From the human T2T-CHM13v2.0 reference genome, Homo sapiens, in NCBI RefSeq assembly GCF_009914755.1, contig NC_060934.1: a stretch of 64,000 bases of DNA. One strand, 5' to 3'. The notes below the pieces were generated by a model. It saw only the letters and a program-made list of their open reading frames with translations. It searched no databases and was not told the origin of the DNA. This document shows positions 63,738 through 64,000 of this stretch, one piece after another; the stretch's first letter is position 1, and each line of letters opens with the position of its first letter. A program made the position numbers and the translations under genes.

Positions 63738-64000
63738 GTATATATATGTGTATATATATCTCCACATATGGGTGGAAAGGCCAGGCATAAAGCAGCAATG
63801 GATGTTGGCAGTGTAGTGACCTGGATAACGGATGCCCTGTTAAAAGAAATTTACCCACAAAAATTAAAATTTTGTTTAATTTGAAAAATTTAAAACTTAG
63901 AAAGATACTGTGTTGGCCAAGCTGAATATCCTCAGACTTCACCTGTGTGTCTCTGGTTTTCATTCCCTGGTTTAGAGGGCTTCTGAGGTTCAGAGAGGTT

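Overview
Primate (almost certainly human) genomic DNA lying wholly inside ODAD2 (ARMC4), the armadillo-repeat outer dynein arm docking-complex gene mutated in primary ciliary dyskinesia, transcribed on the minus strand. I resolved 14 consecutive coding exons (exons 3-16 in the numbering I recall, about c.225-2495, residues ~75-832). All have GT-AG boundaries and splice into one uninterrupted reading frame, so this is the intact gene. The start and final exons lie outside the window. The rest is intron: ~30 Alus, large nested L1 blocks, L2/MIR, THE1/MLT LTRs, MER47A/MER82/MER33 DNA transposons and simple repeats. Repeat subfamily names are by eye and approximate. Most ORF-track ORFs are repeat-derived or chance. 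I see no wholly new biological system. The most interesting unexplained signals are: (1) candidate unannotated exons - an in-frame alternative first exon in intron 10, a 48-nt in-frame cassette in intron 8, and a pseudoexon behind a 155-nt pyrimidine tract; (2) retrotransposition scars - a probable ~115-bp target-site duplication, a 55-bp templated insert at an L1 junction, and collinear L1 halves bracketing exons 8-9. All of these are hypotheses needing RNA-seq or comparative checks.
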